Assembly: GCA_036012755.1 (NCBI GenBank)
Contig: DASCPX010000070.1
Coordinates: 32,001 to 96,000 of the forward strand
Direction of reading: 5' to 3'
DNA length: 64,000 bases
DNA from: Myxococcota bacterium
GTDB taxonomy: Bacteria > Myxococcota_A > UBA796 > CAJQPC01
Below are positions 16,682 through 26,515 of this stretch, in pieces. Position 1 is the first letter of the stretch. Each line of letters opens with the position of its first letter. The notes below the pieces were generated by a model, which was not told the origin of the DNA, ran no database searches, and saw only the letters and a list, made by a program, of their open reading frames with translations. The translations under genes were made by a program, and so were the position numbers.

Positions 16682-17700
16682 TCACCGCCTCCGCAGGACG
16701 TCCAGCGCGATGTCCCCCTGCGAAAAGGCCATGTCGAGCACGTGGGACGCGTTGTTCCCCGTGAGCGCCCCCGAGTCCCACGGCACCGGGTTGTCGCGGT
16801 CGTCCTCCCCACGCCAGGCCACCTCGAGGGCCGCGGGGGAGCCCGTGCACCCAGCCGTGTAGGCCTCGCGGTAGACCACGAACTCGGCGTCGGTCTGAGG
16901 GTGGGCGTAGAAGTCGTCGTTGTGGAACATCGAGGCCGCCAGGACCTCGTCGGCCTTGGGCTCCACGCAGACCATCTCGTCTCCCTCCAGGAAGGCCTGC
17001 CCGGGGCTGTCGTGGCCGGAGAGGAAGGTCTTGAAGGCCACGATGCAGCCGCGCTCGTCCTCGCTCGTGCAGACCGGCACCTCCTCGCTCGAGCCCCCGG
17101 TGGTCGAGCCGCTCGCCACGCCGATGCCCCAGCCGATGGGGTAGGCGGCGACCAGCCGCTCGCGCAAGGCGGGATCCTCGTCGAAGCGCTCGCTCAACAG
17201 CCTGGAGGTGATCTGTGCTCCCTGGCTGTGACCGACGAGGACGAAGTCCCCGTCGACCTCTGAGAGGAAATGGTCGAAGGCGGCCTCGACGTCCGCGTAG
17301 GCAGCGTCGAAGCAGGGCTCTGCCTTTCTCTCCTTCTTGAGGTAGGTGCCGAAGGTCACCTGTCTGTATGCCGGAGCCCAGACGCGACAGACCTCTGAGA
17401 GCCTGGCCGCTTGTGCCTGGACCGCCGTGGTCTCGTCTTCGAGGTCCTCGATGTCGGCCAGGCCACGAGCGAGCCGCAGGTCCATCGTCGGGTAGACGTA
17501 GAAGCAGTCCGTTTCGGGCTCCGCGGGGACCTGAGCTCCAGGTCGACCACGCTCCCGTCCGCGAGCACCTCCGCCATCGAGAGCTCGGAGGTGCAGACCT
17601 CGTCGTGACCGGGGCGGCAGAGCCAGCTGTCGTCCTTTGCGTAGTCGACGTCGGTTCGTGTGCGGCAGGGGTTTCCAGAGGACAGCAGGAGCAACATCAT
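16682..17700 (-). pseudogene. DUF3089-family alpha/beta hydrolase, frameshifted (pseudogene or sequencing error)
   Basis: N-part (WLCRPGHDEVC...ADGSVVDLE) is in one frame; DCFYVYPT, APAYRQ, GHSQG are in another. The shift is near 17533. Confidence 0.75.
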
Positions 17701-18698
17701 GCCGAGGCGGCCTCCCTCGAGTCGGCGACGATCTTCCGGAGGCTGATGCCCTCCTTGAAGAGGTAGCTGCCACCTAGCCCGACGATGAAGAGGAACTGTG
17801 TCAGGTGAAAGACCAGCGCAAAGGTCGTGGCGACCTCGCGGTCCACCCCCCAGAGGAGCAGGGACGCGGTACAGAATGCCTCGTAGCTGCCGAAGAAACC
17901 GGGCGTCGGGGCCACGGTCATGCCCGTGATCGTGATGGTCCAGGTCGTCATGGCGGTGTCCCAGCGCGCAGGCAGGTCCTCGAAGCCGAGCATCACGAAC
18001 CACGTCCCGATACAGATTCCGGTCCACATCAATGCGCTCATCGCCAGGGTGGCCGCGGCCTGCAACGGACGCCGGACCAGCGAGACGAGCCCACCGTGGA
18101 AGGCCCGCATCAGCCCCTCGATGCGAGCCGCCGGGACCAGGCGCGCGACGAGTCGGATGAGGGGCTCTCCGACCACCAGGAGCAGGACCAGGCCCGCGAG
18201 GCCAACGGCGATGAGGGTGCCGACGACGCGCTGGCCGACCGCGAAGACGTCGATGCCCTCTACGACCACTCCCTGTGCGGGCAGATCGACGAAGAAGCCC
18301 ACCGCCAGCAGCAGGCCCATCAGGCACAACAGGTCGAGGAGACGCTCGACGAAGATGGCAGCCAGGGACTGGCCGAAGGGCACCTCGTCGCGCTCGAGCA
18401 GCATGTAGGGGCGGACGAACTCGCCCAGCCTCAGCGGGACCACGTTGATGGCGAGGAAGCCCACCGCGGTGACGGCGAACATCTCCGAGAACGGGATGTC
18501 CGGACGGTCCAGCAGGATCCGCAGGCGCAGGCTGCGGATGCAGTGGCTGAAGAGGTAGACGCCGAAGACCGGGACCACGTAGATCCACTGGGCGTCCGAC
18601 AGCGAGACCTGCATCTCGGACCACTCGATGCCCCAGAGCACCCAGAGCAGGCAGGCCGCCGTGACGAGGAGGACGATCCCGAGCTTCAGCGCCTTCAA
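17697..18698 (-). CDS. Lysylphosphatidylglycerol synthase TM-region (UPF0104/YbhN/AglD2-like) putative flippase
   Basis: INVVPLRLGEFVR, ERLLD, PTPGFFGSYE; multi-TM. Confidence 0.88.
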   Translation of the reverse strand: MKALKLGIVLLVTAACLLWVLWGIEWSEMQVSLSDAQWIYVVPVFGVYLFSHCIRSLRLRILLDRPDIPFSEMFAVTAVGFLAINVVPLRLGEFVRPYMLLERDEVPFGQSLAAIFVERLLDLLCLMGLLLAVGFFVDLPAQGVVVEGIDVFAVGQRVVGTLIAVGLAGLVLLLVVGEPLIRLVARLVPAARIEGLMRAFHGGLVSLVRRPLQAAATLAMSALMWTGICIGTWFVMLGFEDLPARWDTAMTTWTITITGMTVAPTPGFFGSYEAFCTASLLLWGVDREVATTFALVFHLTQFLFIVGLGGSYLFKEGISLRKIVADSREAASA

Positions 18699-18706
18699 GC
18701 CACCAC

Positions 18707-19684
18707 TCAGTCGACCAACTCGATCGCCAGGACCTGGATGTTGAGGCCGAGCTCGGAGCTCACGTTCGCGACCTCGTCGCTCCCGTCGGCGATCGCGCCG
18801 CCCTGGATCAAGATGCCGGACTCGTCGACCTCGAGGCCGGAGCCGGACAGCGTGTTGCCCTCAAGGGTCGCCGCCACACCGTCGAGCAGCACACCGGCTC
18901 GCGCGGAGTCGGTGACGGTGCTGTCGCTCATGGTGAAGGAGAAGGTCTCCGGTGCGGAGCCGCTGTCCCTGCCGGTCACGACGAGGCCGTCCCCGGTCTC
19001 GTCTCCCTCCTCCGTCAGGCCGGTGGAGGTCGTGTCGATGTGGAGGTTGTCCACGACCACCTGGCCGCCCTGGACGGCGAGGCCGTAGCCGATGTCCTCG
19101 TCGGGCACGACTCCGGTCACCTGCACGTCGACCAGCTCGGCGCTCGTCCCGCTGCCGTCGATGATGATCCCTGTGCGCCTCGAGTCCGTGATCGAGACCT
19201 CCTCGACACGCACTTCAGCGCCCCCGCGCACGACGAGCCCCCGGCCGCCTTCCCGCAAGGCGAGGCCGGCGACGGTCATCTCCAGGTCCGAGATCCAGAT
19301 GGTGGCCTCCTCCGTGCTCCCGACGAGCTCGGACTCCGCCCCGCAGCCGCAGAGCGCGAAGCCGTCCAGGTCCCCGGACGAGGTCGAGAACCGCAGCCCT
19401 TCGACGTCGTGGGTGCCGGGCCAGATCATCACCGCGGGGGCGCCCACTTCTCGGGCCAGCTCCAGCGCCGGGGGCAGGCTGCCGAAGGGGGCCTCCATCG
19501 AGCCGTCGCCGACCGCGGAGAGCTCCGCCACGTGGATCACCTCGAGGGGGTCCAGCCGCCCGTCCATCCATCCCCACGTGCCGTCGCATGGTGGCTGGAT
19601 TCCGGCGCCGCCGGAGTCGCTGTCCGTCGGGAGCAGGCTGGAGTCATCCGACGGGCCACACGCGAACAGGACGAGCAAGAGCAT
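18707..19684 (-). CDS. Lipoprotein with right-handed parallel beta-helix repeats
   Basis: MLLLVLFAC; GDGSMEAPFGSL; repeated ITDS.RTGIII.G / VTDSARAGVLL.G. Confidence 0.75.
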   Translation of the reverse strand: MLLLVLFACGPSDDSSLLPTDSDSGGAGIQPPCDGTWGWMDGRLDPLEVIHVAELSAVGDGSMEAPFGSLPPALELAREVGAPAVMIWPGTHDVEGLRFSTSSGDLDGFALCGCGAESELVGSTEEATIWISDLEMTVAGLALREGGRGLVVRGGAEVRVEEVSITDSRRTGIIIDGSGTSAELVDVQVTGVVPDEDIGYGLAVQGGQVVVDNLHIDTTSTGLTEEGDETGDGLVVTGRDSGSAPETFSFTMSDSTVTDSARAGVLLDGVAATLEGNTLSGSGLEVDESGILIQGGAIADGSDEVANVSSELGLNIQVLAIELVD

Positions 19685-19693
19685 GGAGGGATC

Positions 19694-21352
19694 TTAGCGG
19701 CCCGGAGAGGCCCTCACCGGGACGTCCAGGGGGGCGTCGGTCCCGACCGGCCGGTGGAGGCCCGCGAGGGGATGGTCCACACCCTCGAGGAAGGCCCCTG
19801 TGGGGAACACCTCGGCCAGCGCGTTCCGCTCGAGGGCATCCAGTGGCCCCACGGCCAGGCCGTAGCCGAAGGCCAGCTCCTCTGGCTCCTCGGCGTCTTC
19901 CAGGGCGCGCGCGAGGCAGTCCCGGCGCTTGCCGCAGCGCGCCAGGAGCGCCGCCCCACCGGCCGAGGCCAGCCAACCTTCCGCAGGCGCCTCGGGTCCG
20001 AGGTGAGCGACGAGGTTCGCCGCCATTCCCCGTCCGATCGCCGCGTCCTCGGGGGGCTCCCAGTCCCCGAAGGGCTCCCTGGCCTCGTGCAGTCCGACGC
20101 CGAAGCGGATCGATGGATCGGAGCTCGTCCCGCCCTCACGAGCGATCGCGATGCCCTCGAGCAGCCGCAGGAGCAGCTCCTCGCGGAGGCCGTCGCCGCG
20201 GGCCTCGTGGAGGTCTTCGAGGTCCAGGCGATGGCTGGCCTCTGCGGCGAAGAAGACGAGCTCGGTGGCTCGTGGCATCGGGGTGGGGTCCGGAGCCCAT
20301 GGTCGCGTCACCAGCGCGGCGATCACCATCGGCAGGGCGAGCAGGCCACGGTGGCGCTCGGCGGTCGCGGCGACGAGCAGCATGAGGCCGAGGACCCAGG
20401 GGCCCCAGTAGCGCCCGTTCATCAAGACTGTGACGCCGGGGTCCTCTGGGAGGGCGACTCCGGAGAGCGCGAACCCGGCGGCGAAGGTCAGGGGCAGCGC
20501 CACGAGGATCGAGCGCCGCGACAGCAGGGCGGACACCAGCCCGCCGATGAGCAGCGGCGCCGCCGCCCAGGCTCCCGAGAGGAAGACGCGCTCACCGACC
20601 ACGACCGGATCGATGAGCTGTATGAGCCGCGACAGCGGGGCGCTGGAGAGCTCGGTGAAGCTGTAGCCGATGGAGTCCCCGCCGGCGCTGGGGATCAGGA
20701 TCCAGCTGACTCCGAGTGCCCACGACACCGCCAGTTTGGCCAGCTCCTTCGGGGAGCGCCGATGGGTCCAGGCGGCGGCGAGCAACAGGGGCAACCCGAA
20801 CACGGCGGTGCGGCAGAAGGCCAGGCCGAAGCCCAGGGCTCCACCGACGAGCCAGCTGCGCCGGGTCGCGTAGCCCCACAGGGCGAGCATCACGAAGAGC
20901 TGCACCTCGTGGTGGTTGCCGAAGATCACGAGCCCCTGGGCGGACAGCGCCGCCGGAGGGGCTGCGTTCAACAGCGCCCATGTGCAGGCGGCCCAGGACC
21001 CGCACATGCGGCGAAGCGCCAGCCAGCCGAAGACCGTCGTAGCGGCGGTCCAGGCGAAGCCCTGGAGCTTCCATGCCCACAGGGTGTCGCCGAAGACCGA
21101 CAGCGGCCCGGCTCCGATGACGCTGACGACCGTGCAGCCGCCGCAGAACTCCTTGTAGCGGAGGTCCAGGAGCGCCCCGCCGAGGTCGCCGTGCACGAGC
21201 ATCCAGGCGACCGTGGCGTTCCAGGCCTCCTCCACCTCGGAGAGGGAGGCCGGATCGATGAAGAGCCAGTGCGCGTCGAGCAGGATCCGCACCGCCAGCG
21301 CCGCGGCGAGGACGGCGAGGTCCCGTTTCTCAGTCCAGGCGAGAGAGCGCAA
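19694..21352 (-). CDS. Polytopic membrane protein, GT-C-fold glycosyltransferase-like
   Basis: About 10 TM segments; EE pair in the first loop (SEVEEAWNA); GNHHE; soluble C-terminus. TTG start approximate. Confidence 0.55.
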   Translation of the reverse strand: MRSLAWTEKRDLAVLAAALAVRILLDAHWLFIDPASLSEVEEAWNATVAWMLVHGDLGGALLDLRYKEFCGGCTVVSVIGAGPLSVFGDTLWAWKLQGFAWTAATTVFGWLALRRMCGSWAACTWALLNAAPPAALSAQGLVIFGNHHEVQLFVMLALWGYATRRSWLVGGALGFGLAFCRTAVFGLPLLLAAAWTHRRSPKELAKLAVSWALGVSWILIPSAGGDSIGYSFTELSSAPLSRLIQLIDPVVVGERVFLSGAWAAAPLLIGGLVSALLSRRSILVALPLTFAAGFALSGVALPEDPGVTVLMNGRYWGPWVLGLMLLVAATAERHRGLLALPMVIAALVTRPWAPDPTPMPRATELVFFAAEASHRLDLEDLHEARGDGLREELLLRLLEGIAIAREGGTSSDPSIRFGVGLHEAREPFGDWEPPEDAAIGRGMAANLVAHLGPEAPAEGWLASAGGAALLARCGKRRDCLARALEDAEEPEELAFGYGLAVGPLDALERNALAEVFPTGAFLEGVDHPLAGLHRPVGTDAPLDVPVRASPGR

Positions 21353-24300
21353 TGCGAGTCGCCTCGATCTGGTCGGGCTGGCCGATGCCCTTCCACTGCT
21401 CCAGGGCCAGCTCCAGGACGACGCGAGCGCGAGATGGGGCGGCTCGCCCGGCCAGGGCCCCGGCCAGCTGCAGGGCCCGCGCCACGTCCCCGTCGACGAT
21501 GCCGGTGCCGAGGAGATCGCGCTGGATGCCCGCCATGTGTTCGTCCCAGGACTGCCAGTCCGCCAGCGCCGCAGAGGTGGGCAACAGCAGCGCGTGCGCG
21601 ATCCCGGCCCAGGCTCTGCGGCCACCCCGCTCGGCGAGCTGCAGGCCGGTCCGCAGCGCCTCGAGGGCACCCTCGTAGTGTGCTCTCTCGAGGCGGACGA
21701 TGCCCAGGTTGAGGCAGGGCTCCAGCGTGTCGGGGTTTCCCAGCTTCCGCAGCAGGTCGAGCGCCTCGAGGTAGCCCTCCTCTGCGGCGACGAGGTTGCC
21801 GCGCCGGCGCTCCCAGTCCGCGTGGCTGTTGAGCGCGGAGGCGCGGCCCAAGAGGCTGCCCACCTGCTCGTACCCGGCCCTGGCCTCCAGGGTGAGTGCG
21901 ACGGCCTCGTCGAGCTCGCCGAGCTCGCCGTGGGCTTGCCCGAGCAGCAGTTTGACCTCTGCCAGGCGGCGGATGTCCGACTCGGCCCTGGCGATGTCGG
22001 CCGCCCGCCGACCCAGGGAGATGGCCTGGCGATAGCGTCCCTTGAGGCTGGCGCTGCGCGCCATCTGGCAGATGCCCAGGGCCTCGAGCTTGCGGTCTCC
22101 GAGGACCCGCGCCAGGGCTACGGCGCGGCGTGTCCTCAACTCGTGGACCTCGAGCGCCCCACGCTTGAAGGCGGCGATGGCGGCCTCGCAGAGCGCGGAG
22201 GCGCCGATCGTTGAGGAGCCGTGGAGCTCGACCAGCTGCTCGGCGAGGGTCTCTCCGTCCACAAGCCGGCCTCGACCGATGAGCACCCGCACCCGGACCA
22301 GGAGCGCCTGGCCGACCTCGTCGTCGGCGGGCTCCAGGTCCAGCTCCTTGCAGCAGCGGGCGTGCAGCCGCAGCAGGCTCATGGCGCCCGGGTAGTCGGT
22401 CCCTTCGTAGCGCTGGGTCGCCCCGAGGCGCAGGGGCTCCAGCGCGTCTCGCAGTCTTCCGGCGGCCACCAGGTGCTTGCCGAGACGGGAGGCGATCCCT
22501 CGCTCTTCGACGCCGTGGAGGCTGGCCAGCATGCGCGCGCAGGCCCCGTGGAGCTCCGACCAGCGTCGCTCGTCTCGCACGGATCGCTCCAGGCTCTCCC
22601 GCAGCATGGGGTGGGACCAGCTCCAGCCTCCGGGCTCCAGGCGCACCAGGCGCCGGGCGACCAGCGCCTCGGCCAGCGCCGCTGGCCAGTCCAAGCCCGC
22701 TTCCTTCAGCGCCAGCCTCCACTCCTGCTCGTCGATGACGCCGCCGAGGAGGGCGGCGAGCTCCAGCGCGATGCGCTCGTCCTCGCTCTGGAGCAGCTCG
22801 GAGACCCGGCCATCCCAGAGGCTGTGGAGGTCGTCCGGGATCTCGGCTCTGGCGCCGGCCTTGAGGCGGAAGCCCCCTCGACCGACCTCGAGGAGCTCCC
22901 GGCGGACCCAGTCCTCCACGAGCTGCACGGCGAACATCGGGTTTCCGTGGGCGCGGCTCCGCACCTCTCTCGCCAGCTTGCGGTCGAGCAGCAGGAGCTC
23001 CTCGATGAGGCGCCGGAATGTCTCCACCGGAAGCGGCTCCAGGCTCAGCGTCCGGCACTTGGGGTCTCTCGAGAGCCCCCCGAGCGCCTCCGCCGTCTCC
23101 GCGTCGAGGCCCTCGTCGCGGGCCGACAGCAGGAGCAGCACCGGGCTGGGTGTCTGGTCCTGGGCGTCGAGCACCCAGCGCGCGAAGTCCAGGGCGTCGC
23201 GACCCCACTGGAGGTCGTCGAGCAAGACGATCGCTGGCCGATCGAGGCGGCCCAGGTGCCGGCTGAGCATCGCGTAGCGCTCCTCTGGGGAGGAGGTGTG
23301 CATCTCCGGCGAGGGGCTCATCCAGTCCGCGAGCGCTCGCCACTCCCAGCTCTCCGCCACCCCTTGGCGCCGCAGGATGCGCTCCAGCCGGTTCTGGGTG
23401 TCCTCGTTGGAGAGACCCTCGCAGCCCGTGTGGCGCGCGAGCATGCGGCCGAGGCCCCGAGACCCGGCTCCAGGAGAGTGGGTCGCCGCCAGGATGCGCG
23501 CCGCGCCCAGCTCCGCCGCGCGCTCGGTGGCCCACTGGGCGAGGCGTGACTTGCCCACGCCGGGCGCTCCCCTGAGCAGCACGGCTCGAGCCCGAGAGGT
23601 GAGCGCCACGTCCCGAAGGGCATCCCAGATCTGGTCCCGTCCCTGCTCCCGTCCCACCAGCGCGACCGTGCGCAGTCCCCACAGGCCGAGTCCGGCGCCG
23701 ACGAGCCTGGGGGAAGGAGGAGGGGCCTCTGGATGACGCCAGGTCGGGGGAAGCGGCGGGGGCCGGGTCGGGGCGAGCTTGACCGGGGGCGGAGCTGCGA
23801 GGGCGTCGTCGTCCGCGATGTCCTCGTCGAAGCCGGCGGCGCCGTAGCCCTCCGCGAGCCAGGCCTGCGTCGGGAGGGAGCGTCCGTGGCCGACGAGGGA
23901 CAGGGGCACGGTGAGGTTCGCCGCGGCGCGCTTGCGCGGGATGGCCAGGGGAGTGGCCGAGCCGGGAGGGTCCGGCAGGCGGGTGAGCGCGAAGGCGGCG
24001 TCGGCGGCGCAAGCGAAGCGGCAGTGCGGGTCCTTCTCGAGGAGCCGGTGGAGCCAGCCGTCGAAGGTGACCGGCAGGCCCTCGCTGTAGGCGAAGGGCT
24101 CCGGCTCGTCGTAGAGGTGGGCTTGCCTCAAGACGGCGTAGTCCGTCTCTGGAAAGGGGCTGACCCCGGCTGCCATCTCCCAGGCCATGCAGCCCAGCGC
24201 GTAGAGGTCGGTCCAGGGCCCGTAGTCGCGCCAGCGCCCGTGGAACTGCTCGGGGGCCATGTAGCGCGGGGTTCCGCTGGCGCCCCGGTAGCGCTTGCCC

Positions 24301-24821
24301 AGGGCGTCGCCGGCGTGGGCGAGGCCGAAGTCCGCGAGCTTCAGCCCCGGTCGGGTGTCATCTGGACCCGAGACGAGCACGTTGCCCGGCTTCAGATCCC
24401 GGTGGACGACGCCGCGGGCGTGGGCGTGGGCCAGCGCGTCCAGCAGATCCAGGAGCGCGCCCTTGAGATCCGCCCACGTCCGGATGAGGTTGCTGGTCGA
24501 CATGCTGCCGCCGCTGGCCAGCTCCATCACGAGGTAGGGGCTGCCCGCCAGCATGCGCCCGCCGCTGAGCCGCTCGGCCTCCAGCGGGACCTCGCCGTGG
24601 TCGAAGACCAGCACGACGCCTGGGTGATCGAGGCCAGCGACGGCGCGCACCTCGTCGCGGAAGGAGGCCAGGTAGGTCGCGCGTCTGGCCAGGGCGTTCG
24701 TGATCACCTTGACCGCGACGGGCACGCCCTGCTCGGGGTGCACACCTCGCCACACCTCCCCCATACCGCCAACTGCCAGGGGTGAGTCGATTCGAAAGGG
24801 TCCCAGCAGGATCGCAGCCAT
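21330..24821 (-). CDS. Ser/Thr kinase - AAA/STAND ATPase - TPR protein
   Basis: HRDLKPGN, DFG, APE; GAPGVGKS; LLDDLQW; GNPMFA; TPR-like C-terminal helices. Confidence 0.92.
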   Translation of the reverse strand: MAAILLGPFRIDSPLAVGGMGEVWRGVHPEQGVPVAVKVITNALARRATYLASFRDEVRAVAGLDHPGVVLVFDHGEVPLEAERLSGGRMLAGSPYLVMELASGGSMSTSNLIRTWADLKGALLDLLDALAHAHARGVVHRDLKPGNVLVSGPDDTRPGLKLADFGLAHAGDALGKRYRGASGTPRYMAPEQFHGRWRDYGPWTDLYALGCMAWEMAAGVSPFPETDYAVLRQAHLYDEPEPFAYSEGLPVTFDGWLHRLLEKDPHCRFACAADAAFALTRLPDPPGSATPLAIPRKRAAANLTVPLSLVGHGRSLPTQAWLAEGYGAAGFDEDIADDDALAAPPPVKLAPTRPPPLPPTWRHPEAPPPSPRLVGAGLGLWGLRTVALVGREQGRDQIWDALRDVALTSRARAVLLRGAPGVGKSRLAQWATERAAELGAARILAATHSPGAGSRGLGRMLARHTGCEGLSNEDTQNRLERILRRQGVAESWEWRALADWMSPSPEMHTSSPEERYAMLSRHLGRLDRPAIVLLDDLQWGRDALDFARWVLDAQDQTPSPVLLLLSARDEGLDAETAEALGGLSRDPKCRTLSLEPLPVETFRRLIEELLLLDRKLAREVRSRAHGNPMFAVQLVEDWVRRELLEVGRGGFRLKAGARAEIPDDLHSLWDGRVSELLQSEDERIALELAALLGGVIDEQEWRLALKEAGLDWPAALAEALVARRLVRLEPGGWSWSHPMLRESLERSVRDERRWSELHGACARMLASLHGVEERGIASRLGKHLVAAGRLRDALEPLRLGATQRYEGTDYPGAMSLLRLHARCCKELDLEPADDEVGQALLVRVRVLIGRGRLVDGETLAEQLVELHGSSTIGASALCEAAIAAFKRGALEVHELRTRRAVALARVLGDRKLEALGICQMARSASLKGRYRQAISLGRRAADIARAESDIRRLAEVKLLLGQAHGELGELDEAVALTLEARAGYEQVGSLLGRASALNSHADWERRRGNLVAAEEGYLEALDLLRKLGNPDTLEPCLNLGIVRLERAHYEGALEALRTGLQLAERGGRRAWAGIAHALLLPTSAALADWQSWDEHMAGIQRDLLGTGIVDGDVARALQLAGALAGRAAPSRARVVLELALEQWKGIGQPDQIEATRIALSRLD

Positions 24822-24944
24822 CGCGCCGGTGCATCGTAATGCTCCGGGGCCTTCTGCCGTAAGACACCCCAGGGTCGGAGCGTTGTCCCATCCCTGGACA
24901 GGTTCTGCACGAACCCTGCTCTACGGACCGAGGTCACACCGTCC

Positions 24945-25586
24945 ATGTTCGGATTCGCGCTCAAGGCCGACGGCTTCTTCTCGAGGACCCGACCGGGCTG
25001 GGTGGGGCTCGGCCAGCTCGCCGTCGCGGCCCTCGGCGTCCACCTCGCCGCCGACCGGCTCGACGATCACGTCCTGCAAGGACTGCTCAGGCTCAACGAG
25101 CACCTCTTCAGCACCATCGCCGTGAAGCTCAGCCTCGGTGGCATCGAGCCGGACGCCTTCGTCAGTCCCGCCGTGTGGCTGGCCTTGCTGATCGAGCTCG
25201 CTGTCGATCTCTACATGTTCTTCGCGATCGCGCTCACCGCCCAGGATCCGGAGCTGGACTGGAAGGGCTACCGGCGCAAGCTCTCGGTCGAGGCGGTCGT
25301 GCTCCCGCTGTTCTGGGCACCAGTCGCCCTCGCCGGGAGCTGGGTCGTCGGCATGGCGGTCGAGGACAAGCTCGCCGCCTGGCACCCCGGCGCGGCCATG
25401 GTGCTGGGCTGGACGATCGCGGGCCTGGTCGGCTGGCGCCTCGCATGGACCGGCTGGAAGCGCATCGTCGGAGGCCTCGACGTGCCCAAGCGCCGCACCA
25501 AGGGCATCGTCTGGGCTCCGGCGCTCCTGCTCTTCGCGGCCCTCGCCGCCTGGCACGGCCTGCCCGTGCACGGGGTGCTGCCATGA
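24945..25586 (+). CDS. Membrane protein of unknown function
   Basis: About 5 TM helices; ATGA-coupled to the M23 gene. Confidence 0.7.
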   Translation: MFGFALKADGFFSRTRPGWVGLGQLAVAALGVHLAADRLDDHVLQGLLRLNEHLFSTIAVKLSLGGIEPDAFVSPAVWLALLIELAVDLYMFFAIALTAQDPELDWKGYRRKLSVEAVVLPLFWAPVALAGSWVVGMAVEDKLAAWHPGAAMVLGWTIAGLVGWRLAWTGWKRIVGGLDVPKRRTKGIVWAPALLLFAALAAWHGLPVHGVLP

Positions 25587-26515
25587 GAGCGAAGAAGCGA
25601 GTGGCGAGAGGAGGCAGCTTCGACCTGCTCCTGGTCGCCATCGTGGTGGTGGCCCTCTTCGTGCGCACCCCGATCGGTGGGGTCGGCGAGTGGGCGATGT
25701 CCAAGGCCACCGGCGAGGCCTACGAGACCAGCCTCATCGCCTCCTTCTCCACCGGGATCTCGGACGAGTTCGCCACGCGCATCGAGGCGATCGTCGAGGC
25801 CCCGGACGCTCATGCCATCGGCGAGGGCCCCTTCCCCGAGCCCTACCGCACCGCCGCCGCCGTCGTGCTCGGCTCGAACTCCCTGAAGGAGCTGGACGCG
25901 CTCCACGTCGGCACCAACCCGGAGGCCACGCTGGAGATCATGGCCATCGGCGAGGAGGCTCGAGATCGGGCGGTCCAGCGGGCCGTCGCCTCGGGTGAGA
26001 CGGATCCAGAGGCCTACAGCAGCCACCGGCGGTACCTGCCGGGGTCCGACCAGCGCGAGGGGGACCGCGTCGTGGCCTCGACGATCGGCGCAGCGCGGAT
26101 GTTGTCGCTGGCGTGGCCGGTCGAGGACAGCTGGCGGGTGAGCAGCGGCTACGGCTACCGGACCCACCCGGTGCTCGGGACGCGCAAGCTGCACAACGGT
26201 GTCGACCTCGCTGTGCCCGAGGGCACGGCCATCGTCGCCGCTCAGGACGCCACCGTCTCGGTCGCGGGAGAGGACGCCGTCAACGGCAAGTACCTGGTGC
26301 TGGACCACGGCTACGGCGTGAAGACGAGCTACTGCCACCTCTCCCAGCTCTACGTCGAGGACGGCGACGAGCTCGACAAGGGGGTGGAGATCGGCCTGTC
26401 GGGGAACACCGGACGCAGCACGGGGCCGCACCTCCACTTCGTCCTGCGTATCGGCAAGGACACTGTCGACCCCGAGCGCTTCCGCCCGGAAGATCAGGGG
26501 CTGGCTCTCCTCTGA
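25583..26515 (+). CDS. M23 family metallopeptidase, membrane-anchored
   Basis: SSGYGYRTHPV, HNGVD, YCHLS, GNTGRSTGPHLHF. Confidence 0.92.
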   Translation: MRAKKRVARGGSFDLLLVAIVVVALFVRTPIGGVGEWAMSKATGEAYETSLIASFSTGISDEFATRIEAIVEAPDAHAIGEGPFPEPYRTAAAVVLGSNSLKELDALHVGTNPEATLEIMAIGEEARDRAVQRAVASGETDPEAYSSHRRYLPGSDQREGDRVVASTIGAARMLSLAWPVEDSWRVSSGYGYRTHPVLGTRKLHNGVDLAVPEGTAIVAAQDATVSVAGEDAVNGKYLVLDHGYGVKTSYCHLSQLYVEDGDELDKGVEIGLSGNTGRSTGPHLHFVLRIGKDTVDPERFRPEDQGLALL

